A stretch of DNA of 63,927 bases, the filler included, from Saprolegnia diclina VS20 (taxonomy: Eukaryota): NCBI RefSeq assembly GCF_000281045.1. It is 5 parts of 3 records of this genome, joined end to end, with 100 filler letters (N's around TTAATTAATTAA, not from the genome) between each part and the next. Parts side by side here need not be neighbours in the genome. Positions count along the whole stretch, not along the records: positions 1 to 31,056 come from NW_008246133.1; 4 more parts are not named here. One strand, 5' to 3'. Of this stretch, positions 1 to 11,120 are shown piece by piece. A model generated the notes under the pieces. That model was not told where the DNA came from and ran no database searches. It saw nothing but the letters and a program-made list of their open reading frames with translations. The translations under genes were made by a program, and so were the position numbers. Position 1 is the first letter of the stretch. Each line of letters starts with the position of its first letter.

Positions 1-2042
1 TCTTGCTGCTAGGTGCTCCGGTACGACCGACGGCTTGCGCAGACTTGTGCTCAAAGAACGAGCCACTAGATGCTTCCCGCACTGCTGCCCGCGCCACGCC
101 TACTACCGCTACTGCGGCGCGCCGCTCGTGCTCAAGACCACGTGGCCGTCGCGCGTCGACGGCACGTACGCGTCGCTGCTGCGCATTGCGCCGGCGACAG
201 CATCTGACTGGGACGTTGGCTTTGAGACGCCACCGCTGTCCGCCGACGCGCTCCACTGTGCCGCGGTCACGTGGCACGCCGGCCACCAAGAAGTCGTCTC
301 TGAGGTAGTACATATATACGATCTTATTGCTCCTGACGCGGACGCAGACGGTGCTCACAAGCAGCTTCAACCTCGACCTCGCGGATGGCTGGACGTACGG
401 CTGGAAGAGCAGCCGCAGCCAAGCCATTCGCGACAGTCGCCACCACGTCACGGTCTGTCATCGATGCAATGACACGTCATGAAGTCTGCATTGGTCCATA
501 GGCCTATGTCTTTGAGGTGACGCCACGTGGGAACTGGCGGCTTGTTGCCAAGGCGATGTCGCCCGGCTTTACGATTGCCACGTACCGCAGTAGTAGTGCG
601 CCACGAGATGACGCGGCGCTGGTGCCGACACTCGAGCACGAGACGTCGACGGCGCTCGTGTCGAGTCGCACGCAACGCATGGCGTACCACTTGGGTCTGC
701 TGCTCTTGTATGTGGGCCAGGTCGACACTGTCTCGGCTACGGCCCAGCACAAGCTCGTGCAGTACCTGATGCACCCGGCGCCGGTATCTTCTTCCCCTCT
801 GCACCAGCTTCTCAAGAGCAACCAGGTATGACAGATCACACGATGCGAGTGGGGGTAGGGCACTTGAGATTGCACTCCGATCTCATAGACGCCACCGAAC
901 GATCGCACGACGAGCAGTGTCCTTGTCGACTGGCTCATCCATTTGCTGCATCCGCACAACCGGACGCAGTACGAGGCCGTCGTGCGCTCGCACCGCGACT
1001 GCATCCTGCAGCGGACCGACCTCGCCCGCGCGTACAGCGACTGCGTGCAGCTGCTGCACAGCGTGTCGGAGGCGTTCTTGGCCAAGCAGCACCAGACGTC
1101 GGTGGCGCAGGTGGCAGTCGAGGCCGTCGCGTCGCTGGCGAGTCTCTCGGCCGAGATGACGACGCGGCTGGTGACCGACAGCTTTTTCGGCTACCAGGCG
1201 TGCGTGGCCCATTTCCGCGAAGTGTCTCTGGTACTGTTATCCCGTTTGATATCTTATCGGTGTTTGTGATGTATCTCTGCTTTCTTATTGGTACGATATG
1301 GTCGTCATGACACTCGTGTCTAGAGCGCCGAGGCCGCGCAGAGCGTGTGGCCAGAGCACCGTGTCCTGGGCGCGGTGCGTGCGCGGTCGTGGCTCTGTGG
1401 CGACTGGGTGGTCGACGTACCCAGTGTTGGTTTTGTGCGCCACCACGCGCTCTCGGCGGCGACGCTCGTGCGCTGGGCCTCGAGTCTCTTTCGCGTGCGC
1501 ACGACGCTGCTGGGTCCGCAGCTCCACGTACCATTTCCATTTCCAAACACTCGCTAACGACGACGATGTGTGGGTAGGTGCAGTCGGCGTGGCGCGTGTA
1601 TGTGAGTCAGCCCACCTGCTTTGTGCTCGACGGTCGACCGCATGTGCATCGAGCGTGGCCCAACGGCGAGTCGACGATGGCCGGTGCGACCCGACACCTC
1701 GGTACTCTGCCCACTCCATGCCATGTCGCATACTTTTATAAAATTGAACATGCATGCGTAGAGGGCGACTACGTCGGTCGGCTTGATGACGACGCGGTCG
1801 ACCTGCGTTGCTACACGCTCGACGTCGGCGACCAGATGAGCTACTGCGCGACGCTGCACGTGGCCACGACCGAAGCGACAAGACTCCAGTGTACGGTGGA
1901 GTTGTACCAGCTGCGCGTGGCGGTAGCGGCGGACGTGGCGGCGTGGACGGCCCACGACCGCATAGCGCTCTGGGAGAATGAGGCGCCAACGCTCGTGTTC
2001 TCGGGCGACTGGAGTTACGAGCGGGCGGCCGAGAGTAGTTAA
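1..2042 (+). CDS. Hypothetical multi-exon protein, probably 5'-partial, with an RCFPHCCPxH motif
   Basis: Coding-like segments at about 42-305, 503-825, 876-1229, 1324-1527 and 1760-2042 are separated by short GT..AG gaps. The Cys/His motif RCFPHCCPRH resembles an uncharacterised oomycete family (from recall). Joining all segments into one gene is inferred. Confidence 0.5.
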
Positions 2043-2285
2043 CCCAACGTTGAAGTATAAGCCACTCGGTGCTTCGATCGCGTCCTGAGTGTCAAACTCT
2101 GTCTGGGTGACAGAGACGCCAGCGCGAGGCTTGCAATGGCGTTGATATGGCCTGGAAACCATGTCCCAAGTCCACACTCCCATCATTCTGAGCTCTCGAC
2201 TACTGACTGGCATGCACGCTTTGTCTTTAGATGAAACCGATACCGCAGAAAGTGCATATCAACATCTCAAAATAGGATCTGAGTG

Positions 2286-3894
2286 ATGGCGCAGGTTGGC
2301 GCCGCCTTTGGCCCGGTGCTCAGCGTCTCGCTTCTCGCGCTCCTGCTACTTCTCCACCTCTTGGCCTGCGCGACGACACCGGTCCTTCTTTCGTTCGCTG
2401 CGATTCGCGGCCGCAAGTATGACTGGTACCTCTACACCATGTCGCTTGTCTCGCTCTCGAGCGTTGCTGTGATTGTCGTCATGCCGATTGTGCTGGCGCT
2501 TGGCGATGCTGTTCCGTGCGCGGTCGGCTACCTCTTTCGCTACGTGCTCCCGCCCTTCACCAGGTACAGCCTTGCACCATCCGCATCCTGCGTCTCGCAA
2601 CTCATCTCGCGTAGTGGCCTCTACCTCCTCGGACATCTCTCCGTCCTAACTGTCTTTGCAAGAAGCGACAAGCCGCCCGAGGTACCCCAGCGCCGCGGCC
2701 CGAGCGTCGAGGCCATTCCAAAGACAAATCAACCGTCGATGCGCCGCGCCTGCGTCTGCTTTCTCTTGTACATGGCGCCGCTCGCCGCAACGCCCTCTTC
2801 GATCTTTGCGCTGCCGATCGCGGCGTGCCAAGACGACGACACCTTCCGCGTACGCTTCCCCGTGGTATTTTGTAGCATTTACAATGTCTAGTCGCTCTAC
2901 TGGATACAAGTGAGCCAAGGCTGCGTGTGGGCCGTTGGCTGCAAGTACATTTCTCTGCTGTACAGCCGCACGCACGGCAAGTCCATGGAGCGTTTCCGGA
3001 CCATCCATATAAAGACGAGCAAGGGCATCTTTGCGTCGGCGCTGGTCATTGCTGGCATCATTCTCGTGGCGTTGGCCTTGCACTGGGACGGGGTTTACGC
3101 CTTGTACCTCGACTATACCGCGATGGACGTGCTGCATTGCAACCTCGCGTTCTGGTACTTTGACGGCTATCGCAAAAGTACACTCTTGTCGAGATTTCGT
3201 GGACCCTACCCCTCACAAATTTTGTGTAGGCAAGCGCGTAGCCGGCGTTGGGCCGCATCTGCGCACGATTTCGGCGCGCACCATGAGCTTTCGCTCCAAC
3301 AAATCGACGGCCGAGGACACGGACGCGGTGCCGCTGCGCCAAGAGATGGACGAGATCCGGCGCTTTTTGTCGCTCGACGATTATTTTTCGGATTTTCTCG
3401 CATTTTGCGAAACCTTGGGGCGCACCCACGAGCCGCTCGCGTGGCGCCTTGTCCAGCTCCATAAGCAGCGCAAGGTGCTGCCGGCGGTCGTCTACAACGA
3501 CTGCATGAGCCCAAACGGGCCGCTCGTGACCATGACGGGCCTCAGCATGGCCCCCAAAGTAGCCTCCGTCGTACGCGGCCGCCCCGACGCGGTCGTCGGC
3601 GAGACGCTCGACCAGCTCTACGCTGCGTTCGAAACCGACTTGCTGCGCGCCATTTGCCAGCACGTGTTGCCAAAGTACCAAAAAAGTGGTCGGCTCTGGT
3701 ACAGCTTTGTGCAGCGCCCCGCCGACATTGCCCCACCCGAGCCACTACTCCTGACGAACACGCCGTCGATGACAACCATAAGCCACGCGCCGTCGACGCT
3801 CTTGCCAACGACCAACGAGCACGGATCCAACACCACGGACGGGGCAGTACCGGGCAGCCACGACGCCGCCGGCTCACATCCGTCGGTCACTTGA
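2286..3894 (+). CDS. 7TM-RGS-like membrane protein, paralog A (multi-exon)
   Basis: Several hydrophobic helices lie in 2286-3180. They are followed by RGS-like IRRFLSLDDYFSDFLAFCETLGRTHEPLAWRLVQLHK...VYNDCMSPNGPLV...LYAAFETDLLRAICQHVLPKYQKS. Confidence 0.7.
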
Positions 3895-4151
3895 CGTAAC
3901 GAGTCCACCACAGTGCTCGACTAGATCCGTGTCTACATCACAGCAGCCGTTCACGCCGTACAAGCGTCCACCGCTCAACGCGATTGATGAAGGACCCTAA
4001 CCTCATGCCAAGGGTTAGGGTTTGGCTCCGAGACTATGAATTCCGTGATGACGTCGTCTACCCTACACCTTACCTTGAACTGAAAGCAACCCGTCATTGT
4101 ACACTAGTCGTGTTAACATTGCGCGCGGGATTAGGCAGTTGGAAGCGGCCC

Positions 4152-5785
4152 TTAGACGAGCGCGTCGGCCTTGATCTTCTTCTTGGCCATGTGCGCAACG
4201 AGCTGTTCGCGGTTCGGCAGCTGGTGGTTGAGGAAGCTCTCGACGTACGTTTGCTTGGGAAACGCCGACCGGAGGCGCCACTCGCCCGCGATCGCACCAG
4301 CAACACCGAGCGCCGCGAGGGCCGACGCGACCCCATAAAAGAGGCCGCTCGACGGCAAGTAGTGCAGCGTGGCCTCGTCACTTGTCGACGCAGGGCTCGT
4401 CACGCACTTGCTCGTGCTCTCATACGAGAGGCCGGTGGGCTGCGTCGCATAGAGGAAGGCATTGCACGGGCCAAACTTGGAGGTGGACGCTGCCGGTGTT
4501 CGCTTCATGCGCATTTGGCCGTTCTCGCCCCACATGGTGCCCCACGAGTTGCGGACGATCCAGTAGAGCTCTCCGGCTGCCGTGGCGCCGTAGCCCATGA
4601 GCATGACGGCGTCTAATACCACGCAACTTAGCAAATTTGGACTAGAATGTGCGACGTACGGTCGACTGTGACGCCGTCGCTTTTGCAGTCGGACGCGTCG
4701 TAGATACCGCTGCCGTAATGGCGGAAGCCCGCGCCGCTCGCATCAATGCTGATGCTCAGCGGTCCGTTCTGAAGCGCCTTCATCACGTCGTCGTAGCTGT
4801 TCTACTCGTTGACAGCAGCATAAGAGATATGTTTGACGTCGTGGAGCGTGGTTACTTGGATGCTGAGGTACGACGACGACGACGACCACTTGGAAACGAC
4901 GTCGACAGACGTGCACGTGGCCGACGAGGCGGCGTTCGGGTCGGCCTTGACCCGCATACGGTACGGGCTCAGCGCGTTGCATGTCAGGCCATGCGGCTCC
5001 GACTGCTTGAGGTACTCGAAGGCAAGGAACGTCATGCCACCGTCGCAGCCGCGCGCCGACGAGATCATCTTGTTGGGGTACGCGCTTGAAACGTGCTGCA
5101 GCGACGACGAGCACGACAGAATTTGCTCGACGCTGAGCGGAATCTACGCTGCACATGAGGCATGAGGTCGTTGGCGAATGGCGGACGCACCGCCTGCGTG
5201 TTGGACGCAATCGCCGTCATGGACTCGAGCACGGACGCGGCCGTGAACGCCCAGCAGCTGCCACAGATGCCTTGGTTCTTGACCGGCGTCACGTACTTGC
5301 CATTGTCCTTTGTCGACCAGTCGATGCTCTCGGCGTACGATGTCGTCGTCGTTTGCGCCGACGCGTGCACGTCGACCTCGGGACCCCACCGGTGGTGGGC
5401 GGCAGCGTGCTCCGGCGTGTAGACGTGGTCTGGCTTGGTCTGCAGCAGCGCAGAGTACTCGTCGTCGGAGAAGTCGCTCATCGCGTTATAACGCATCTTG
5501 AAGCTCGCGTTCGGCTGCGCATTGTGCTCTGTATTGTACGCATGAGCGCTATATGGTGGTAGCAGTATGCGTACCTTGGATGATGCGCGACGTCTTGTCG
5601 AGCGCGGCCTGACGCGCGGCCTTGGACTGCCGCGGCGGCGGCGGCACGCCCATGCGGTGGAGCTCGTGCTGGCGGTGGATGGCCGCGTCAAACTCGTCGA
5701 TCGTCGGCGGCGCCATCGCGCCGAGGCTCATGCCCTGCGCTTCGTGGCAGACGACCGCGAGGCCGAGGAAGGCGAGGAGCTGCAT
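4152..5785 (-). CDS. Papain-family (C1A) cysteine protease with signal peptide, I29-like propeptide and C-terminal TM anchor
   Basis: Signal [18 protein letters not shown]; propeptide [33 protein letters not shown] (catalytic Cys); [10 protein letters not shown] (His codon split by the intron at about 4613-4659); YWIVRNSWG (Asn); [22 protein letters not shown]. Confidence 0.93.
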
Positions 5786-5800
5786 GCGTGTGGTCGACGG

Positions 5801-5823
5801 CTCGAAAATGGCAAGTGAAATGA
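5801..5823 (-). promoter_or_regulatory. Oomycete INR+FPR-like core promoter of the papain gene
   Basis: The minus strand reads TCATTTCACTTGCCATTTTCGAG about 16 nt upstream of the ATG, resembling the oomycete initiator (YCAYTY) plus FPR (CAWTT). Confidence 0.5.
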
Positions 5824-6395
5824 TTTGCGGGCGACCGTCCATGACAAAAAGTGGTGCATGCGCGGCGTAACACGTGTTATGGGTTGTTAGAATAGCATGG
5901 ATATTCAGTAAAGCACACGGATTGATCAACACAAAATGTTATAACAGAGTGGTTACGATGATCGTACCCTTTTATGGCACAAACCTGGGTGCGATGACAC
6001 AATCCCCACAGCCGCCGTGGCAAGCCGGCCTCTCCCAGTCGTAGCGTACCGTAGCTCGTGGCGACGACGATGGCTACCGCTAGCCCCATTTGTCTGCATG
6101 TAGAGTTATCAAAACTCCACAAAACTACTTGTCTAGACTTCGTTTCATTGTTATCTAGACTTCGTTTCATTAACAATAATGTCAGAGCTATTGTCAGCGG
6201 AACGACGGACAGCACGGGCACTGGGCGAGCTTCACACAACCTTGCACGACCCTTGCCTCGCTGATAGTAGAGCTTTCGTGGTCGTCCAGTCGCCATGGGA
6301 TGTACGAACGACGCAAATAAGTCGACAGCGCAAGGTCGTTTCATTCGGATGGTTCAAACTGCAGCTGAAACGCCCGCCGCCTTTTTTGAGCCAGC

Positions 6396-7971
6396 ATGAT
6401 CGGCGCCCGCGCCGTGCCCGTGCTGCTCGTCGCCGTCGCGTGTATAAGTGTGCCGTACCGCCTGAGTGTCTACGGCCCCGCCACGTCTGTGGTGCCCAAA
6501 CGACGGGGCGTGCGGCTCCTACACCTGCTCTGCGTCCTGCAATGCCTCCTGCTGCCATGCATTGTGCTCATTAGCGACGTCTCGCCTTGCTGGGTGGGCT
6601 ACGTCACGCAGTTCCTCCTCCCGGCGATCACAAGGTGTGGTCTTAACACGTTGAAAATGGTTGCATAAGGCGCGCTGTAGTTCGATCTTTCTCGTTGCTG
6701 AGACGTCCATCGTCCTCTTGCGTGCGTTCACGCACGGTCTGCTCGTGTACAAAGATCCACCGCTGACGTCATCGCCGACGCAAACGCTTCGGTTTCTGCA
6801 GCGAGCTATTGCACCGCCCGTGTGTCCGACAGTCGCCAGCGTGCTGGCCCTCGCCTCGCTCGCACCGTACGTTGCACTGCACGCGTCCGTGCCCCCGCTG
6901 TGCCTCAATACGTGTCAATCGACTGATGCTTTTCAGGTACGATGATCTCTGCTACTCGGCAGCTAGCCCACCCTGTTGACATATTAGACGCTTCGGGCAG
7001 TACAAGTCGGCCATGCCACCATATGGGGTCTCTTGGCAGGTGTGCTCGCCCGGTACCACCGCCGAGAGCGCGCTGCGTTTGCCGTCACGTTGCTCGGCCT
7101 CCTTGGCACGTACCTCTGCCTCGTGTTGTCGTTGGTGATTCCATCACTGGTCACGTACCATGTCGGCGATGCCGGCATTTTGTGGCTGCACTTTCTCACA
7201 TTGCACATTGGCTTTCCAACGGCATCACTTAGTAGGAACCTCTAGGATCCGACATAAGATCTGAGATGTGGCGTAGGCCAGCGGCATGCGGCGCCCAAGG
7301 TGCGCACGTTTCGATTGCGGTCGCACTCGATCGTCGACGACCCATTTTCTACCGTGCAGCTCGAGGATCTGCAGAGCTTCCTGCTCCACTCCGTGCACTT
7401 TGACCAGTTTCTCGCCCACGCGGTGGTAATGCAGCGAGTGACCGAGCTCCTTACGTGGCATCTCGTGCAGCATTACAAGGCCAAGCGCGTCTCGATCGAC
7501 GTTGTTTACACCCTCTGCTTGGCACCGCACGGAGTCCTTGCATCGCAGGCGGCGTCCGCGCTCGGTCCTCGCATCGCGGCTTTTGTGAACAAACCACATA
7601 GCGACATTGCCGACCGGCTCCTCGATACGCTTCTCGATAAGCTGCTGCGAGTGCTCATCAACGACGTTCTCCCAAGCTACCGTGACAGCAGCCCGACATG
7701 GGACACATACTTGCACCGATCCAACATTTTGCGCGACTGCACCCAGCCAGGGGGATCGCAAATCCCCGAGAGCATCTCGGCCACGGCGCTGCGTGCAACG
7801 AGCGATCTAGAGAGCGGCGGTCGAGCGGTCTCGAGCGATCGAAGCGGGTCGGCGCGTCGCGCGGCCAGCATTCTATCGCCAGCGTCGCTCGGCCTCAGCA
7901 CCTCGTCACGGCCGCGCCCCCCCGAGCGCCAAGGCACATTCTCGACACGCTCCATCATGCTAACGCCGTGA
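6396..7971 (+). CDS. 7TM-RGS-like membrane protein, paralog B (multi-exon)
   Basis: TM segments with the same PC motif (VSPCWVGY) and WLHF at the end of the last helix as paralog C. RGS-like LQSFLLHSVHFDQFLAHAVVMQRVTELLTWHLVQHYK...VYTLCLAPHG...INDVLPSYRDS. Confidence 0.68.
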
Positions 7972-8268
7972 CCGTCAATTAAACCACGTGTCCCATCCTG
8001 CGGTTGTACAGTGATGTAATTTTGAACAAAGACTCCGAATTGGTTGGACTTGGCCACTCTCCGGCTCAGCTCTCCGGCTCGTAATGCCAGCGCTGTTGGC
8101 GTTTGCAAACGAGATGCTTCGCTCCGTCTGGTTGAGCAACGTCGCAATGGGCTCATGGCCATAGACTTTGACCTCGCCATGCATATATGCTTGCAGTTCA
8201 AAACGGTCTGACGCTTTGAGCGCGTCAAAGTGATCTGACGTGGCGTGCGATGGTTGCTTGAAGTTGCG

Positions 8269-8577
8269 CTATACTGTGGGCGAGCACGCGGAGGACCGTG
8301 GAGCGGCGTCCGTGCGCCGAGTTAACTTCTCGGAGGCTAAGGTCGTCCGTACCAACACCTCCAGGTGGCATGGCCTTACTAATGGCGAGGCTCGAGAGCC
8401 TTGTGCGATGGTGCGGGCAAGCTCGTCGCGTACGTTTTGGCGTTGTGCTTGAAAACGCAGCGATCGAGCTTGAGTGGCGTTGGCCCGTTGGAGCTCTTCC
8501 AGCTGCAACACGAGCATCCGATCGTACAAGCGGCGCACACGGGCAAGATGTTCTTGCAGCTCATCGTCCGAGGCCAT
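8269..8577 (-). CDS. Small coiled-coil hypothetical protein (ends uncertain)
   Basis: MASDDELQEHLARVRRLYDRMLVLQLEELQRANATQARSLRFQAQRQNVRDELAR shows a heptad-like helical pattern. Confidence 0.4.
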   Translation of the reverse strand: MASDDELQEHLARVRRLYDRMLVLQLEELQRANATQARSLRFQAQRQNVRDELARTIAQGSRASPLVRPCHLEVLVRTTLASEKLTRRTDAAPRSSACSPTV

Positions 8578-8997
8578 AACAAATGCAGAAACACCACGCC
8601 GGCTCTCGGGGCCCCCGGCAATCGATGCGAGCGAGCTCGTTGGCGTGTCTTGGCGTTGGGCCGGGATGAGCAACAAGCAAGCATCGTTCGTCGTGGTGTC
8701 GGCTTGCTGAAGGCCCTCGGGCTGCGTCGTGGTGCGGTGCACCAGCGGCGCACGCTGGCGAGCGCTACTTACGTATCATGGGCCAAGTCGATGGAATCGT
8801 CAATTCAAAATTGAGCGTCCATGGCAGTCCAACACATTGAGCACTGTGTTTGGTTGAGATCCCGCGCCACTCGTCTCGCGCCCCTCACCGACAAGTGCGA
8901 CGCTCGCTTCCTGCTAGGAGCCGTCGATACATTGATACAAACCGACCTTTCTCAGTTCGCATATTTTTAGCCGGCAACGACCGCAGACGTGGCCGCG

Positions 8998-10707
8998 ATG
9001 GTCGAGGCCCACGCGGCGCCGCTCCTCGTCGTCTCGGCGTGCTACCTCGTACTGCCGATCGAGCTTCTCTGGCGACCGTCGCACACGCTGCCGCCAACGT
9101 CGTCCAACCAAGGCATCAAGTACCGTTGGTACCTGCGCTGCATGCGCCTCGCCACCGCGCTCTGCGTGCTTGTCTGCGTCGGTCTGCCCGTCGTCATCAT
9201 CGCGGGGTCCGACTGGCCATGCGCAACGCTCTTTGCCTTGCGAGTTGTCATTCCGTCCTGTACCACGTAAGCCCTCAACGGCCCACCCAGTGCTAACATC
9301 TCGTGATGATGCTGCTTTTATACTAGGGGCCTCGTACTCATCGCACACATATCGGTGCTCTTGGCGTGGTCCATGACCAATCTATTCGCGCAACTCGCCG
9401 ACCCGCGGGCACCGTCACGGGTTGTGCTGCGCCAGCTGCAGTCACTCCGCACGCACGTGGCGCCGGCGCGGTTCTTCTGCGCGTCCACGACCTTCTTCAT
9501 CGTTGTCTTGTCGCCGTATCTGTTCGTGGATCCTCCGATTTTTGCCTTGGACGTGGCGACGTGCCAAGGCGACGCGCGCTACCACGTATGTTTGCGATCA
9601 ACTCTCTTGTACCTTGACGAGTACTAGGCCATCGCCACCACCCAATTGGTGCCGAGCTTCATCACGACCGTGCTCGCATGCATTGTTGGGTGTCGCTACC
9701 GACGCGCTATCGATGACCCGTCCATGGGTTTCATCAAAGCGTATGTCCGGACGCTCTGTAGTGCGCTTGTGACGTCACTACTCCTCCTCCTTGTCGGCGT
9801 CGCGCCGGCCCACTGGACGCTCTGGCGCTACTACGTCGACGACATTGCCGTTACGTGGCTCCACTTTGCAGTTGTCGGCGTTTTTCTGCACAGCCACCGC
9901 GCCGGTAGGCATCGGTCCACATGCCAAAGGACACTAAGTTGTTGACGTTTAGTCGGCTACGGGAACAAGGTGCTGGCGACGGGACCGCACATTAGCTCGG
10001 TCGCGTCGGTCGCGGGCGTCGAGTACGATAGGACAACGGTCGCTGCCGACTTGGCCGAGTTCCTGAGCGACCCCGACCACTACGATCACTTTCTCGGCTT
10101 TTGCTTGGCGCGCCACGAAGTCAACGAGGTTCTTGCGTGGAAGGTGATTGCTCACTACCGCCACGAAACGATCCCAGCGGCAATGGTCTACGACGAGTGC
10201 ATGGGCCCCGGCGCAGTCCTCATCACGGCCATCGGGCGCGACCTCGGGCCGCGCACGCTTGCGGCCCTTGCGGCGCCATTGCCCAATACGCTTGATGAAA
10301 TCTTTGCCGAGCTCTCGTACAAGCTGCTCTTGCACGTTGGCGACGCGCTCCTCCCGAGCTACCGCCGCAGTGCCAAGCAGTGGGACGTGTTTGTCCAGCG
10401 ATCGTCGATCATCAAGCGGTACCAGCAGCCGACGCAGGCAGTGCTGGGCGAAAGCGCATCCAACTTGGCCCTGCGCGCGTCGAGCGAGCGCGAGTCCAAC
10501 AACTCGTGCCAATCGACGACCAACGGCCCGCGCAGCTTCCGTCTCGGCGACGTCGTCACGCCCGAGGCGCTCGGGCTCCCGGCGACTCCATCCCCACCGC
10601 CCCGGGCCGTCGCGCCCAAGCTCTCAAAGGACCGCCGCGAGAACACGCTCGCGCGGCAGTCGACCCAAGACATTCTCCGTGGTATCCAGACGCAGTGCAG
10701 CCCATAG
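8998..10707 (+). CDS. 7TM-RGS-like membrane protein, paralog C (multi-exon)
   Basis: About seven hydrophobic helices across the exons. Best RGS match of the three: LAEFLSDPDHYDHFLGFCLARHEVNEVLAWKVIAHYR...VYDECMGPGA...DEIFAELSYKLLLHVGDALLPSYRRS. Confidence 0.75.
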
Positions 10708-11120
10708 CAGGACACGTCGTCGTCGTGGTCCGCGTTAACTTATTCGCCTTTCCAGCCCTCGCTGTGGCATCGCAGCTATATCCTATGTACTATGCTTGCT
10801 CGTATGCGGCGTGTACGACGCTGGCAGACCTGGCAGAGGGCTGCGCAGCAGACCGCGATGGATCTTCGTGCATGAAGGTGCAGGGAGGTTGATGCATCGC
10901 AATGTACGCGGGCCATGCCTGCACCTGGGCAGTGCGCGTGGCTAGCGCCATGCAGCGCCGGGCTCGCACGAGCCGGTCGCGGCGAGGCCCTGGCGGCGTG
11001 TGTGGCATGGCTTGTCCGGGCTCGCATCGGCAATAAAATAAATCTGGCATCGCCAAGCTCAAATGACCAGCGAATAAAATCCTTGCTTTTAAAATTCACA
11101 CAGTTCCATTGGCGGTTGGC

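Noticed and set aside
3995..4020. CCCTAACC...GGTTAGGG telomere-like mini inverted repeat
   Set aside because: Only about one unit per arm (8-bp stem), compatible with chance; not a telomeric array.
6132..6171. 18-bp direct repeat TCTAGACTTCGTTTCATT, two copies
   Set aside because: A simple local slippage duplication with no further copies seen.
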